Source: Gammaproteobacteria bacterium (lineage in GTDB: Bacteria > Pseudomonadota > Gammaproteobacteria > SZUA-229). Taken from it: DNA of 64,000 nucleotides. A program made the position numbers and the translations under genes. Location of the stretch: contig JAPHSS010000035.1 in NCBI GenBank assembly GCA_026195255.1, positions 12,858 to 76,857 on the forward strand. The letters are read 5' to 3'. This document shows positions 17,809-27,817 of the stretch, piece after piece. Numbering within the stretch: the first letter of the stretch is position 1; each line of letters begins with the position of its first letter. The notes beneath the pieces were generated by a model, which saw nothing but the letters and a program-made list of their open reading frames with translations, was not told the origin of the DNA and did not search any database.

Positions 17809-19451
17809 GATTGTTTCCTCGCTTTATGAGTAACAAACCGGATGAAACCATGCCAGAAAACACCAAAAAACATAAGTCCAACAGCCAGTAGCCCGATAAT
17901 GTCTAACCAGTGGAAACTATCACGACCCGGCAGGTAAAAACCCTGTAGCCCCTGCAATCGCCCCTCTTTGGCATGGCATTCAGCACACGCCAGGGCATCT
18001 TCTTTAGGTGCCACCATGTGTGTAATCGGCCAGTAAGAATAGGTTTCTACAAAATCGTATTCGCCACTATAAGGTAGATTATTTTTTTCCATACCGATTT
18101 TTATGGCCTTGCCAAAATCATAGTTGCCCCAGTAGGCGTCTTCGTCATCACCCCACAGATGCATGTAGACCAGCGTATTATTGCCTTTATCGTAAGGCTG
18201 AAAAGTATGCATCTGTTTAAAGGGCCAGAGTCGAGAATTCTCATCATCGGCAGAACCGGTGTAACGGTTGACCTTAATCGGTCCGCTAGATGGATCAAAC
18301 ACCGTGTCGATAGTGGTGTAAATCATCTGCCCATCGAACCAGCCGTAATGTGGCACCAGATTTTCACCGTATTTAAAGTCACCCTTAATAGATTTATAAG
18401 TGGCGCGATGCACACCATTGCCCTGGGTATAGTTGTGCTCCTTGTAACCTTCACCATCTTTTGTCTTGCCGGCGGTGCGCCAGTCCCAGTCAGTTTTAGT
18501 AGCGATACCACCACGGGCAATAGTGGGAATGTGACAGGTCTGGCAGGCAACCCGGTCTACGTGATTATTGAGTTTGATATTTGCCAGACTGTTAACCGGG
18601 TGTGGTTGCAAGCCGTGGCAAGATTCACAGGTGGCAACATCGCGGCGTTGCCCGGGTTTGCCGGTGCCTTCGGTATCTTTGGCAATCACATCGTAACGGC
18701 TACCCGTCCACACATGTTTGTTTGTGATATGACATTGGGTACAGGCAAAGTTAAGACCCGCTTCATCCATATGCACATCGAGTTTTTTATCAGGATGGAT
18801 CAGTGAAGAGTCCAGATCACCGTGTTTTACGCCATCACCACCACCGCCATAGAAATGGCAGCCGCCACAGTTTTCACGCGCCGGCAGGCCTACATTCTGC
18901 GCAACTTTTGTCAGGTCAATAGACTGCTTACCTTCAAACATGATGGAGCAGGCTTTGTTACCCGTGGTGGAGGGAGCCTTATAATAGGTACCGGTTCGAT
19001 CATGACAGACCACGCAGTCAACATTGTTCTGATTGCTAAAGTCGAAACTTTCATCCTTCCAGCCATAACCCGCATGACACTGGGCGCACATGCCTTCATT
19101 ACCACGTGAGTTGGTGCAGAAAGTATTAACCAGGTGTTTTTTGCCTAAAAGCTGACCTGTCTTCTCGTTCTCGTAAGTCCAGGTCCAGTGAATGTTTTTC
19201 ATAAACTGATGGCCTGCTTCTGTATGGCACTTCAGGCAGGCTTTGGTGACCTCGGGGCCACTGGTAAATTCGACTTTCAGGTCTTCAAATTTACTATGGT
19301 CAGCGGTGGAATTAGAGTCGCTGCGTTGAGTTGGCTGTTCTACTATCTTGTCGAGACGGAAGTTCATATCAACATCCGTTTTCTGCTCCGCCTGCACATT
19401 GGCGGCCATGATCAGACTGGCTGTTAGAAAGGCAACGACTATTGACCTCAT
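17805..19451 (-). CDS. Octaheme c-type cytochrome (tetrathionate-reductase/Otr-family-like) with C-terminal TM anchor
   Basis: Signal peptide and eight CXXCH motifs (CLKCH, CAQCH, CVVCH, CGGCH, CTQCH, CESCH, CQTCH, CAECH). CHFYGGGGDGVKHGD resembles the Otr family. The C-terminal stretch WLDIIGLLAVGLMFFGVFWHGFI is hydrophobic. Confidence 0.65.
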   Translation of the reverse strand: MRSIVVAFLTASLIMAANVQAEQKTDVDMNFRLDKIVEQPTQRSDSNSTADHSKFEDLKVEFTSGPEVTKACLKCHTEAGHQFMKNIHWTWTYENEKTGQLLGKKHLVNTFCTNSRGNEGMCAQCHAGYGWKDESFDFSNQNNVDCVVCHDRTGTYYKAPSTTGNKACSIMFEGKQSIDLTKVAQNVGLPARENCGGCHFYGGGGDGVKHGDLDSSLIHPDKKLDVHMDEAGLNFACTQCHITNKHVWTGSRYDVIAKDTEGTGKPGQRRDVATCESCHGLQPHPVNSLANIKLNNHVDRVACQTCHIPTIARGGIATKTDWDWRTAGKTKDGEGYKEHNYTQGNGVHRATYKSIKGDFKYGENLVPHYGWFDGQMIYTTIDTVFDPSSGPIKVNRYTGSADDENSRLWPFKQMHTFQPYDKGNNTLVYMHLWGDDEDAYWGNYDFGKAIKIGMEKNNLPYSGEYDFVETYSYWPITHMVAPKEDALACAECHAKEGRLQGLQGFYLPGRDSFHWLDIIGLLAVGLMFFGVFWHGFIRFVTHKARKQS

Positions 19452-19564
19452 TTCTCTTATTCCTTAAATATCAGGCAAGCTTAATGTGTTGAAAACATAA
19501 AATACCATAGATAACAGCACCAGCATTACTATGATGCGCAAACTAATACTATTAGTTAGATATA

Positions 19565-19578
19565 TTGATACAGGTCAA
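19565..19578 (-). promoter_or_regulatory. FNR/Dnr-type box TTGAT-N4-GTCAA
   Basis: TTGATACAGGTCAA is centred about 120 nt upstream of the octaheme cytochrome ATG (19451). Confidence 0.5.
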
Positions 19579-19720
19579 TAATTTTATAGTCAGCCCCCCT
19601 GCCACGAAACGGATACGATATCGCCAGATTCACAACTACTTTAGGCGAGTGGTTTTTCTCCCGGACACCACTAATATATTTTGATTTCATGTTCAGAATG
19701 TATTTTACCTGCTGACTGTT

Positions 19721-20335
19721 TTAATTTTCGATCTTGTTCTTTTTGCATTTTATAAGATAAAAGGGGTAGATATCATTCACCTCTAGTATCTCAAACAGTC
19801 CTGCTTTGCCAAACTCTTGCTGTATTGTTTGCATGTCGTAAAAGAACATTTTTAAACCGCCAAATAATTCAAATCTGTCCGTACCAATACAACTTCCTTG
19901 TGCATAAATTTGTGCCTTCTTTGTAACCGTCGCAAAAACCATATATCCATTATCGCTCAATTGATTGTAACAATCCCGGATTAGTTTTTTTCTTTCATTT
20001 TTATCCAGCAAGTGAATTAATGCATAACAATATATTCCGTCATAAAAACTTTTGTCAAATGGCATTTCAGTTACGGAACCGTGATGTATAGTCAAGTCGT
20101 CTCCGAAATGTTTATGAGCCAGATCAATGGCCGTTTGGGAAATTTCGATACCACTTACTGTCATTCCATTATCTCTAAAAATCTGAGCATTTCGTCCATA
20201 ACCAATACCAGGAATAAGTACATTTTTCACGTTGTGCTCTACAAAAAAATCATTGGTCAACACAGTAGATCGTGATGGCTCAAAACCCCATAGTTCCTGG
20301 TTGTCTTTAAATGTTTCTTCCCAAAATTCTCTCAT
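19721..20335 (-). CDS. Class I SAM-dependent methyltransferase
   Basis: Motif I-like VLIPGIGYGRNAQIF, followed by GIEISQTAIDLA and YDGIYCYALIHLL. Confidence 0.65.
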   Translation of the reverse strand: MREFWEETFKDNQELWGFEPSRSTVLTNDFFVEHNVKNVLIPGIGYGRNAQIFRDNGMTVSGIEISQTAIDLAHKHFGDDLTIHHGSVTEMPFDKSFYDGIYCYALIHLLDKNERKKLIRDCYNQLSDNGYMVFATVTKKAQIYAQGSCIGTDRFELFGGLKMFFYDMQTIQQEFGKAGLFEILEVNDIYPFYLIKCKKNKIEN

Positions 20336-20630
20336 TGTTAGATATTTTTGAAGTTATTTTGATTTGTCATAAAATTACCCATAACCAAGCGCAACAAAAA
20401 AGTAACGGTTTATAAATACTAAAATTATTAACCCTGCATTTTATTAGTAGCTAGCCATTTAAAAATTTATATTCATAAACAGAACTGCATTTAAATAAAC
20501 TGATTTAAATATTTAATTCGATGCATTTACATATTATTTCAAGACCCGCTGTCGGTGAGGCGGCGGACAACCACGTTCAGAACCAGATTAATGCTAACAC
20601 CGTATGCTGAGTCAGCAAACGCCTGATTAA

Positions 20631-20715
20631 TCTGCAGTTCAAGGAGTCTGACCCCTTGATCAGTGATCTGCAGTTCAAGGAGTCTGACCCCTTGATCAGT
20701 CTGACCCCTTGATCA
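20631..20715 (+). repeat. REP cluster: 36-bp unit x2 plus a partial third copy
   Basis: TCTGCAGTTCAAGGAGTCTGACCCCTTGATCAGT(GA) at 20631-20666 and 20667-20700, then CTGACCCCTTGATCA at 20701-20715. Each unit can fold as TCAAGGAG-TCTGA-CCCCTTGA. The core is the same as the repeats flanking the RAYT at 39827-40534. Confidence 0.8.
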
Positions 20716-20807
20716 ATCAGTGTGATTACCGTGATCAGAGAACAATTGGACCTCATGTCTGATCCCGGGCTCAAATATTACGGGAAGGTTTATTCTTTAC
20801 ATTGCGA

Positions 20808-21929
20808 CTACGCCGACGCCAGACTTTTACGGAACAACAACAGTGTGCCAATAAAAAACACCATACCAATACTGATGAGCGCCAGGAAACTCGGCCACAC
20901 CACATCAAGGCCAGCCCCTCGATACAAAATAGCCTGTGCGATGCTGACAAAATGCGTGGTGGGTGCAGCCAGCATCAAAGTCTGTATGATCTGCGGCATG
21001 CTCTCGTAGGGCGTTGATCCACCGGAGAGTAACTGCAGTGGCATGAACACCAGTATGATGAGCAAACCAAGCTGTGGCATGGTGCGCGCCACCGTGCCCA
21101 GGAAGATGCCCAGTGATGTTGTGGAAAATAAAAGTAAGGCCATGCCCAGCATATATAATGGCACCGATCCCGCTATCGGCATTTCCAGTACACCCTGTGC
21201 CACAACGCGTAGTGACAGCCCGGCAGCCACTAACACCACCAGCCCCATGGCCCATATTTTTGACAGCATAATTTCGATCGGTGTCAGTGGCATAACCAGC
21301 AGGTGCTCAAGCGTACCGCGCTCACGTTCACGAATCAGCGCAGCTCCGGAGAGCACAATAGACAGCATGGTGACCATGTTGGAAATTTGCATGACACCAC
21401 CGAACCAGGTGCTGTTCAGGGTGGGGTTAAATTTGTAGCGCGAGGTGAGCTTTATAATCTCAGCTGTACTGCTACGACTACCCTGTGAAAATTCATTGAT
21501 CTCGCCATTGATGATGTTCTGAATATATCCGGCACCGGTAAATGCCTGACTCATCATGGTAGCGTCGACATTAACCTGGATTGCCGGGTGTTTGCCGGCC
21601 TGTAGATCACGTTGAAAATTCAATGGAATATTGAGCACAAAAGTGTAGTTACCCGCATCCATCTGTTTGTCTATATCCTTAAACTGGATTAACTCGGGTG
21701 TTTTGAAATAAGGGCCGTAAAAGGAATTTATAATCTGTTTAGACAAGGCTGACCGGTCTTCATCGACCACCGCGATTGAAGCATTGTTAAGTTCCTGAGA
21801 CATGCCCTTCGCCGCCGCATAGATCATGAAACTAAATGCAAAAATAATAAAAATCATCAGTACTGGATCGCGATACAGACTCCGCAGTTCCTTAACACCC
21901 AGGTTAAATATATTAGCTATGTGCCGCAT
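20808..21929 (-). CDS. yhhJ: ABC-2 type transporter permease
   Basis: 373 aa, N-terminal TM segment, large loop, then a C-terminal ABC-2 membrane domain. It follows an rbbA-like gene, as in the E. coli yhiI-rbbA-yhhJ arrangement. Confidence 0.7.
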   Translation of the reverse strand: MRHIANIFNLGVKELRSLYRDPVLMIFIIFAFSFMIYAAAKGMSQELNNASIAVVDEDRSALSKQIINSFYGPYFKTPELIQFKDIDKQMDAGNYTFVLNIPLNFQRDLQAGKHPAIQVNVDATMMSQAFTGAGYIQNIINGEINEFSQGSRSSTAEIIKLTSRYKFNPTLNSTWFGGVMQISNMVTMLSIVLSGAALIRERERGTLEHLLVMPLTPIEIMLSKIWAMGLVVLVAAGLSLRVVAQGVLEMPIAGSVPLYMLGMALLLFSTTSLGIFLGTVARTMPQLGLLIILVFMPLQLLSGGSTPYESMPQIIQTLMLAAPTTHFVSIAQAILYRGAGLDVVWPSFLALISIGMVFFIGTLLLFRKSLASA

Positions 21930-21931
21930 AT

Positions 21932-24673
21932 TTATGTGTCCTGTTTTTTCAGTAACAGCAAACTGATTATCGTCAGTACCGGGATAAACAATGCCAGTGC
22001 GAAAAAATCACTGTATAAATCAGCAAAGCCGACGGACTTGGTAAAGATGCCTCTACTAATGGTCATAAAATAGCTGGTGGGATATAGCTGTCCCATCAGT
22101 GCTGCGCCACCTTCCAGAGACGAGACAGGGGTATTCATGCCAGAGAATGAGATGGCGGGTAACATGGTGCCCAGCAGGGTGCCGAAGATGGCTGCAATCT
22201 GCGTGCGGGTAAACGACGACATCAGCAAACCAATGCCCGTGGTGGCTGTAACATAAAGCAATGCGCCCAATGAAATAGCCAGTAAACTCCCCTTGAGTGG
22301 CACATCTAATATGTAGACAGCCAATATCAGTAGCGTAAAGAAATTAAACATGCCAATACCAACATAGGGCAGCTGTTTACCCAGTAGAAACTCCAGCCGG
22401 GTGGCCGGAGTTGCGTAGAGATTGGTGATCGAGCCAAGCTCTTTTTCGCGCACCACACCCAGCGCTGTTAATACCGCCGGAATCATTACCAGCAACAGTG
22501 CGATGGTCGCCGGCACCATGGCATAGAGGCTTTTATAATCCTGGTTGTAACGGTAACGAACTTCAATAGCAGCCGTTCTGGATTTTATCGAAGGTGCACT
22601 GGATTCCCGGGCCAGGCTGGCGAGGTATTCTGCATGCATGCCCTGCACATAACCGTAAACACTTTCCGCACGGGATGGCATCGCGGCATCGATCCAGGCA
22701 GCAACTTCCGCTTTATGCCCGCGCTTCAGGTTCTTAGCAAAGCCGGATGGGATCTCCAGCGCCAGCCCCAGCTCACCGCTTTGCATTCGGCGGTTCATCT
22801 CATTCTGATTCAGGATGGCCGGTCGCTCGTTAAAGTATCGCGAGCCGGCTATATTCTGGATATAAGCGCGACTCTCCGGGCTGCGATCCTGATCGTAGGC
22901 GGCAAAGGCAACGTTTTCAACATCCGTGCTGATGCCGTAACCGAGCACGAATAACAGGATAACCGTACCCAGTAATGCAAAAGCCAGGCGGATCGGGTCA
23001 CGCAGTATCTGCAGTGACTCATGATGAGCGTACGCCATCAGGCGTTGTAGACTGAACGCAGCTGGCTGCTGGCTTTTCTGGCTGACAGCAGAAACAGCGG
23101 ATGATGCAGTGGTTTCATCTGTGGATGTATCGCTGGTTTTATCTTCACCACTGGCCTCTTCCAGGTAAGCAATAAAGGCATCTTCCAGAGTCCCGACACC
23201 GCGTGCCTTAACCAGAGCGGCAGGCGTATCACTGGCAAGTACCTTACCCGCATGCATCAACGATATACGGTCACAGCGTTCGGCTTCATTCATGAAATGC
23301 GTAGAAACAAAAATGGTGACATTCTGCTTTCGTGAGATGTCGATTAGGAGCTCCCAGAATTCATCCCGGGCTACGGGGTCGACACCGGAAGTGGGTTCGT
23401 CAAGAATCAGCATTTCGGGCTGGTGGATCATCGCCACCGCCAGGGATAGGCGCTGACGTATGCCTAATGGCAGTCCCGATGCAAGCGAATCGATATATTC
23501 ATCTAGCTTGAATCGTTTAATCAGCTCGCTTATGCGTGCCGGGATTTTTTCTTTTGGCAGATGAAACAATCGGGCATGTAACAGCAGGTTCTGATGTACC
23601 GTCAACTCTCCGTAAAGGGAAAATGCCTGCGACATAAACCCTACCCGCTTACGTGTTTGCAGATCATTGGCATCTACCGCATGCCCAAATAACGCCGCCT
23701 CACCTTCGCTCGCCGGCAACAGGCCGGTGAGCATTTTCATGGTGGTGGTCTTGCCGCAGCCGTTAGAACCCAGAAACCCGAATATCTCACCGGATTCGAT
23801 CTCGAAACTTACATTATCCACAGCGGTGAAATCACCGAAGCGCATGGTCAAACCTTCGGCCTTGATGGCGGGTGGGCCAGCAGACACGTTCACGCGGGGT
23901 GGCACGACGAGGTCTTTATGCCCGCGTTGTTTTTCCTCTGGCAACAGCTGGATAAAGGCGGCGTCCAGGTTGTTTGTGGCGGTTTGCGTCATCAACTGGG
24001 CGGGGCTACCGCTGGCGAGTACTTTTCCCGCATCCATCGCCACCAGCCAGTCGAAGCTTTCAGCCTCTTCCATATAGGCGGTGGCGACTATCACGCTCAT
24101 GCCTTCGCGGCGCAAACGGATGCGATCGATGAGTTGCCAGAACTGACGCCGTGCAAGTGGATCAACGCCGGTGGTGGGTTCATCAAGAATCAGCAGGTCA
24201 GGGTCGTGAATCAGCGCACAGCACAGCCCAAGTTTCTGTTTCATGCCGCCCGAAAGCTTGCCTGCCGGGCGATCTCTGAAAGGGCTGAGCCCGGTGCTTT
24301 TTAATAACTCGGCAATACGTTGCTCACGTTCTTCACGCCCCTGACCAAACAGACGCCCAAAGAAATCGATGTTTTCGAACACCGACAGTGTCATATAGAG
24401 ATTTTTGCCCAGGCCCTGTGGCATATAGGCAATGCGCGGACATATTTTTGTACGGTGAGAATTGCTACGCATATCACCATCCAGCACCTGCACCGAGCCC
24501 TGCTGGAGTTTACGCACGCCTGAAATGAGTGCCAGCAGTGTAGACTTGCCGACACCATCGGGGCCGATGAAGCCAGCCATGCAACCGGCAGGAATGTCAA
24601 GATCGACATTATCAACAGCGAAGATATCGGCGTAGCGATGACTCAGGCTACTGATCTGCGCGACGCTGCTCAT
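21932..24673 (-). CDS. rbbA: Fused ABC transporter: two ATPase domains + ABC-2 permease domain (RbbA-like)
   Basis: Two Walker A sites ([18 protein letters not shown]), two LSGG signatures (LSGGMKQK and a degenerate LPLGIRQR), and a C-terminal multi-TM domain. The start is taken at [10 protein letters not shown], overlapping the upstream stop (ATGA). Confidence 0.75.
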   Translation of the reverse strand: MSSVAQISSLSHRYADIFAVDNVDLDIPAGCMAGFIGPDGVGKSTLLALISGVRKLQQGSVQVLDGDMRSNSHRTKICPRIAYMPQGLGKNLYMTLSVFENIDFFGRLFGQGREEREQRIAELLKSTGLSPFRDRPAGKLSGGMKQKLGLCCALIHDPDLLILDEPTTGVDPLARRQFWQLIDRIRLRREGMSVIVATAYMEEAESFDWLVAMDAGKVLASGSPAQLMTQTATNNLDAAFIQLLPEEKQRGHKDLVVPPRVNVSAGPPAIKAEGLTMRFGDFTAVDNVSFEIESGEIFGFLGSNGCGKTTTMKMLTGLLPASEGEAALFGHAVDANDLQTRKRVGFMSQAFSLYGELTVHQNLLLHARLFHLPKEKIPARISELIKRFKLDEYIDSLASGLPLGIRQRLSLAVAMIHQPEMLILDEPTSGVDPVARDEFWELLIDISRKQNVTIFVSTHFMNEAERCDRISLMHAGKVLASDTPAALVKARGVGTLEDAFIAYLEEASGEDKTSDTSTDETTASSAVSAVSQKSQQPAAFSLQRLMAYAHHESLQILRDPIRLAFALLGTVILLFVLGYGISTDVENVAFAAYDQDRSPESRAYIQNIAGSRYFNERPAILNQNEMNRRMQSGELGLALEIPSGFAKNLKRGHKAEVAAWIDAAMPSRAESVYGYVQGMHAEYLASLARESSAPSIKSRTAAIEVRYRYNQDYKSLYAMVPATIALLLVMIPAVLTALGVVREKELGSITNLYATPATRLEFLLGKQLPYVGIGMFNFFTLLILAVYILDVPLKGSLLAISLGALLYVTATTGIGLLMSSFTRTQIAAIFGTLLGTMLPAISFSGMNTPVSSLEGGAALMGQLYPTSYFMTISRGIFTKSVGFADLYSDFFALALFIPVLTIISLLLLKKQDT

Positions 24674-25656
24674 TGCGGCAGTTTCACCTGCAGTTCTTCC
24701 GGCCATTCGGCATTTTGATCAAGCCGCACAAAAGCCACGCCCGGCAAGCCGGTTTTTACTCTTTCAATACGCTCCTTAAGTAACTCAGGATCAATCTTCA
24801 CCTTGATGCGGAACATCAGTTTCTCACGTTCGCTACGAGTTTCGACTTCCCTTGGCGTGAACTGGGCCTCGGGAGCAACGAAGGAAACCGTCGCCGGAAT
24901 TGTGAAGTCTGACATGGCATCGATTTTAATACGTGCATCTGACCCGATGATGACTTTACCCACCTGGGTTGTCGGCAGGTAAATAGTCATGTACACATCA
25001 GTCAGTTCAAGCACTGTCAGTACCTTACCGCCGGCGGCCAGTATTTCACCTGGCTCAGCCATGCGATACAGAACCCGACCGGGTATCGGTGTTTTTAACA
25101 CACTGTCATCAATGTCGGTATTGAGGCGTTCAGTTCTTGCGACGGCAGCTTCGATAGCAGCTTCGGATTGTACAACCTTAACCTGCGCGGCACGTAATGC
25201 TGCTTCAGCAGAGTCTTTCGCCGTACGGCTCTGATCGACTTTCTCCTGAGAAATGTGGCCATTTTTAAGCAGTTTCAGTGACCGTTTCAATTCTGTCGTG
25301 GCATACAACAGTTCGCTTTTACGCTGTGCAACAATGGCATCAGCATAATTTTTACCTTCGCGGGCTTCACGTAATACGGCGTTTGCCTCACGCAGTTGGG
25401 CCTGTAAATCCTGCGTATCCATACGCGCCAGCACCTGCCCTGCCTCAACCATGTCACCCTCGTTGACCAGTACGTCTAAAATACGACCGGAGTATTTGCT
25501 GGCGATATCATATTCCCTGGCCTCAATGCGGCCATTGCCAGAAGCGAAACCTGCGGGTAAAGACGGTGCCTGAAAGTATTGCCACAGCAACCAGCCGCCG
25601 ATGACTGCAAGGCTTATAACTACGCCAGTTATTATTTGTGTAACACCTTTATTCAT
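24670..25656 (-). CDS. yhiI: HlyD-family membrane fusion protein (YhiI-like)
   Basis: N-terminal TM segment, [39 protein letters not shown], then a coiled coil. It is the first gene of the three-gene operon. Confidence 0.7.
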   Translation of the reverse strand: MNKGVTQIITGVVISLAVIGGWLLWQYFQAPSLPAGFASGNGRIEAREYDIASKYSGRILDVLVNEGDMVEAGQVLARMDTQDLQAQLREANAVLREAREGKNYADAIVAQRKSELLYATTELKRSLKLLKNGHISQEKVDQSRTAKDSAEAALRAAQVKVVQSEAAIEAAVARTERLNTDIDDSVLKTPIPGRVLYRMAEPGEILAAGGKVLTVLELTDVYMTIYLPTTQVGKVIIGSDARIKIDAMSDFTIPATVSFVAPEAQFTPREVETRSEREKLMFRIKVKIDPELLKERIERVKTGLPGVAFVRLDQNAEWPEELQVKLPQ

Positions 25657-26199
25657 ATTTGCAAATCTCCATCACTTTAGCGTTATGCTAAATTTAGTAA
25701 AAGCATGTTATAACCAAATCCCTGTTATCTTTATGAAAGCCTCAGACCTTTACTTGATATAGCTCAACATTAAATACTATTAACCTCGCAGAAACAGTCT
25801 CCAGTAGAGAATTAATTAACCTACACTGGCAACAAAGCAAACACAATGCCTACCACACAGCTTGATAATAGCCGGCCAACACCTGAAGACAATACCGCTA
25901 CTGGAGGTTCACTTTGAAAGAAATTCTGTAACACGGCACCTGGAGCTTGCTGTTCGGTCTGTATCAGCGTAAGCGTTTCAAATAACCTGTTGAATGCTCC
26001 ATAACTCCCTTGGTAAAACGAGCATAGAGTACTGAGATTATAAGGGCGAAATGTTTCACATACATTTCAATATCCCTGTAATTTATTACAAATTGTTACT
26101 AACTTTTTATGAGGTAAACAGTGAAAAAAAAGAATGCGTTTTCTTCAGAGAATACCACTGACATAAAAGCACAATAAGTAAATTTAAGACTCAGACTTG

Positions 26200-26661
26200 T
26201 TACGTATTTTCCTTATTAACAAATTTTATTCGGTCCTCATCTGTAGCGCCTTCTTCGCACTCTCCTCTTATTTGCATTTGCCCTCTGAGAAGATAACTAT
26301 CAAGTTCAATATAACCCTGTCGGCAGTAACCTGACGTTTTCAGTTTCGCTTCGAGCATGTCAGTAAAAAAAGGTTTAAAACTGGACTGAATCTCAGAATT
26401 GCCGCCATCCATAGCACCGTGGCCACCACCTTTACCACCCATGCCTCTTCCACCGCCCTGCCTGCCATTACCCCTGCCGTTACTATCTGCTTTACCGCTA
26501 GACTGTGCCCTGGTATTTATCAGACTGTAATTGAACATTTTAAGCCCACTCACTTTAATATCGGTAACAAATATCTCTTCTACAGCAGATGGATCCCATT
26601 GATTGCTAGCACATGCGGTCAAACTACAGAGTAACAGTAAACAATAATTTTTATATCTCAT
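26200..26661 (-). CDS. Lipoprotein with Gly/Arg-rich low-complexity segment
   Basis: Signal peptide with lipobox LLLLCSLTAC. Central segment GRGNGRQGGGRGMGGKGGGHGAMDGG. It starts 10 nt downstream of the preceding gene. Confidence 0.55.
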   Translation of the reverse strand: MRYKNYCLLLLCSLTACASNQWDPSAVEEIFVTDIKVSGLKMFNYSLINTRAQSSGKADSNGRGNGRQGGGRGMGGKGGGHGAMDGGNSEIQSSFKPFFTDMLEAKLKTSGYCRQGYIELDSYLLRGQMQIRGECEEGATDEDRIKFVNKENT

Positions 26662-26671
26662 CAGTGCTCAT

Positions 26672-27241
26672 CTAGTGTGGTTTTTGCAAGGCGGTGTATT
26701 TATAACCTATGAAAGTTGCCACCCCCATCAAGAACAGGCCAAGCAGAATTAACACTGGACCGATACCGGTAGCTAAAAGCATTCCTGCCCAGCTGAAACC
26801 GAAAACACCCAGAAATGCCATTCCTGCGTGCATTGTCGTACCCACAATAAAAACCCAGCTTATAATTTGTTTATAAAGTGATGGCAGTGTTAGAAATCCA
26901 AGCATTAGTCCAACAACAATGTTGAGTAAAGCTTCTAAATTTCCATGTGCATGAGGCCCGCCTTTAATAGTATCAATGGTTACCCTGGCGTTAAGGTTAG
27001 TGTTTAATGCCAGTATCGCGGCTGAATTCGCTTTTGCAATTTCATCTGCAGTCATCGTTTCAAGCGTTTCCGCATTTTCAAATTCAGACATCACTAATAA
27101 TTGTAAATCAGATAATACTTTCTGTTTATCCAGTGATGCTTTTTCAGCACCGGGTAACAAGTTAACAACCATATAAGGCCCTAAACTCGCTGTTATAACT
27201 AAAAACAGAAATCCAAAAACTATATTTTTTTTACCTTCCAT
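26672..27241 (-). CDS. Four-TM membrane protein with conserved-looking His (unknown family)
   Basis: The start is taken at MEGKKNIVFGF (AAGGAG upstream). One TM segment is followed by a ~75-aa helical loop and three further TM segments. His-containing segments are GGPHAHGNLEALLN and TTMHAGMAF. Confidence 0.5.
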   Translation of the reverse strand: MEGKKNIVFGFLFLVITASLGPYMVVNLLPGAEKASLDKQKVLSDLQLLVMSEFENAETLETMTADEIAKANSAAILALNTNLNARVTIDTIKGGPHAHGNLEALLNIVVGLMLGFLTLPSLYKQIISWVFIVGTTMHAGMAFLGVFGFSWAGMLLATGIGPVLILLGLFLMGVATFIGYKYTALQKPH

Positions 27242-27817
27242 TATCTTCTCCTTTAGAGGTGAATAATTATCAGGATATTGTTCAGCAACTTCTAAACTAT
27301 TGCATAGAGTTGTATTAATCTTCCCGCAGATACGAAACGACTCATTATTTACAGGTTCAATAGCGAAACGAACGCCAGGCACGAACTGGCTATTGACTCT
27401 CACTCTACTAAACTGCAACCACTGAAATTAAAGTTAATAAAAATCGACTAAAGTAGTTACATATTTATTAGACAATACTCTAACCCAATAAATCAGAAAC
27501 GTATACATAGCGGAGAACGCTAATGGATATGGAGGCAAGTACAGCATATGCAATAATGATAAACTTGGCTCATATTTTATTTCGTCTGATTTATATAATA
27601 CAGTGCCACCCAGCCGTAGCCATGTCTACAAATAAAGCCAAAACTGGTTTTATAGAGTTATTAATTTTTTATGCAACATTTATAAATAAAATAAAAGTAC
27701 AATTTTCTGCCAGGCCAGTTTTCTGGTAATTTCATTTTCGACTCTCGAATAACTGAATGCTTTAATAATAAAAAAACACCTGTATAATAAACTTACTATC
27801 ACACAGGATATAAAAAA

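Noticed and set aside
18159-18806. A 215-aa plus-strand ORF, plus several other 60-180-aa ORFs (for example 21043-21438, 23667-24077, 48398-48940, 59527-59913, 60530-61015), nested antisense inside large well-supported genes.
   Set aside because: Each lies entirely within a gene on the opposite strand that has clear family motifs. Their products are low-complexity (Ser/Thr/Ala/Arg/Pro-rich) with no motifs and no obvious ribosome-binding sites. This is typical of antisense shadow ORFs in GC-richer genes.
20631-20715. Possible CRISPR arrays at 20631-20715 and 40591-40665.
   Set aside because: The repeat units abut directly with no spacers, only 2-3 units are present, there are no cas genes in the window, and the units match the REPs flanking a RAYT gene.
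20577-20774. A 65-aa minus-strand ORF (and the overlapping plus-strand ORFs at 20722-21017) spanning the REP cluster.
   Set aside because: The reading frame is built from the tandem REP units, so the internal peptide repeat IKGSDSLNCR simply mirrors the DNA repeat. It also overlaps the 3' end of the ABC permease gene region. It is a non-coding repeat, not a gene.
27523-27729. A 68-aa plus-strand ORF in the AT-rich region upstream of the Cyc2-like gene.
   Set aside because: Its hydrophobic, Ile-rich composition is expected by chance in AT-rich DNA. It has no SD sequence and lies inside a likely promoter region.
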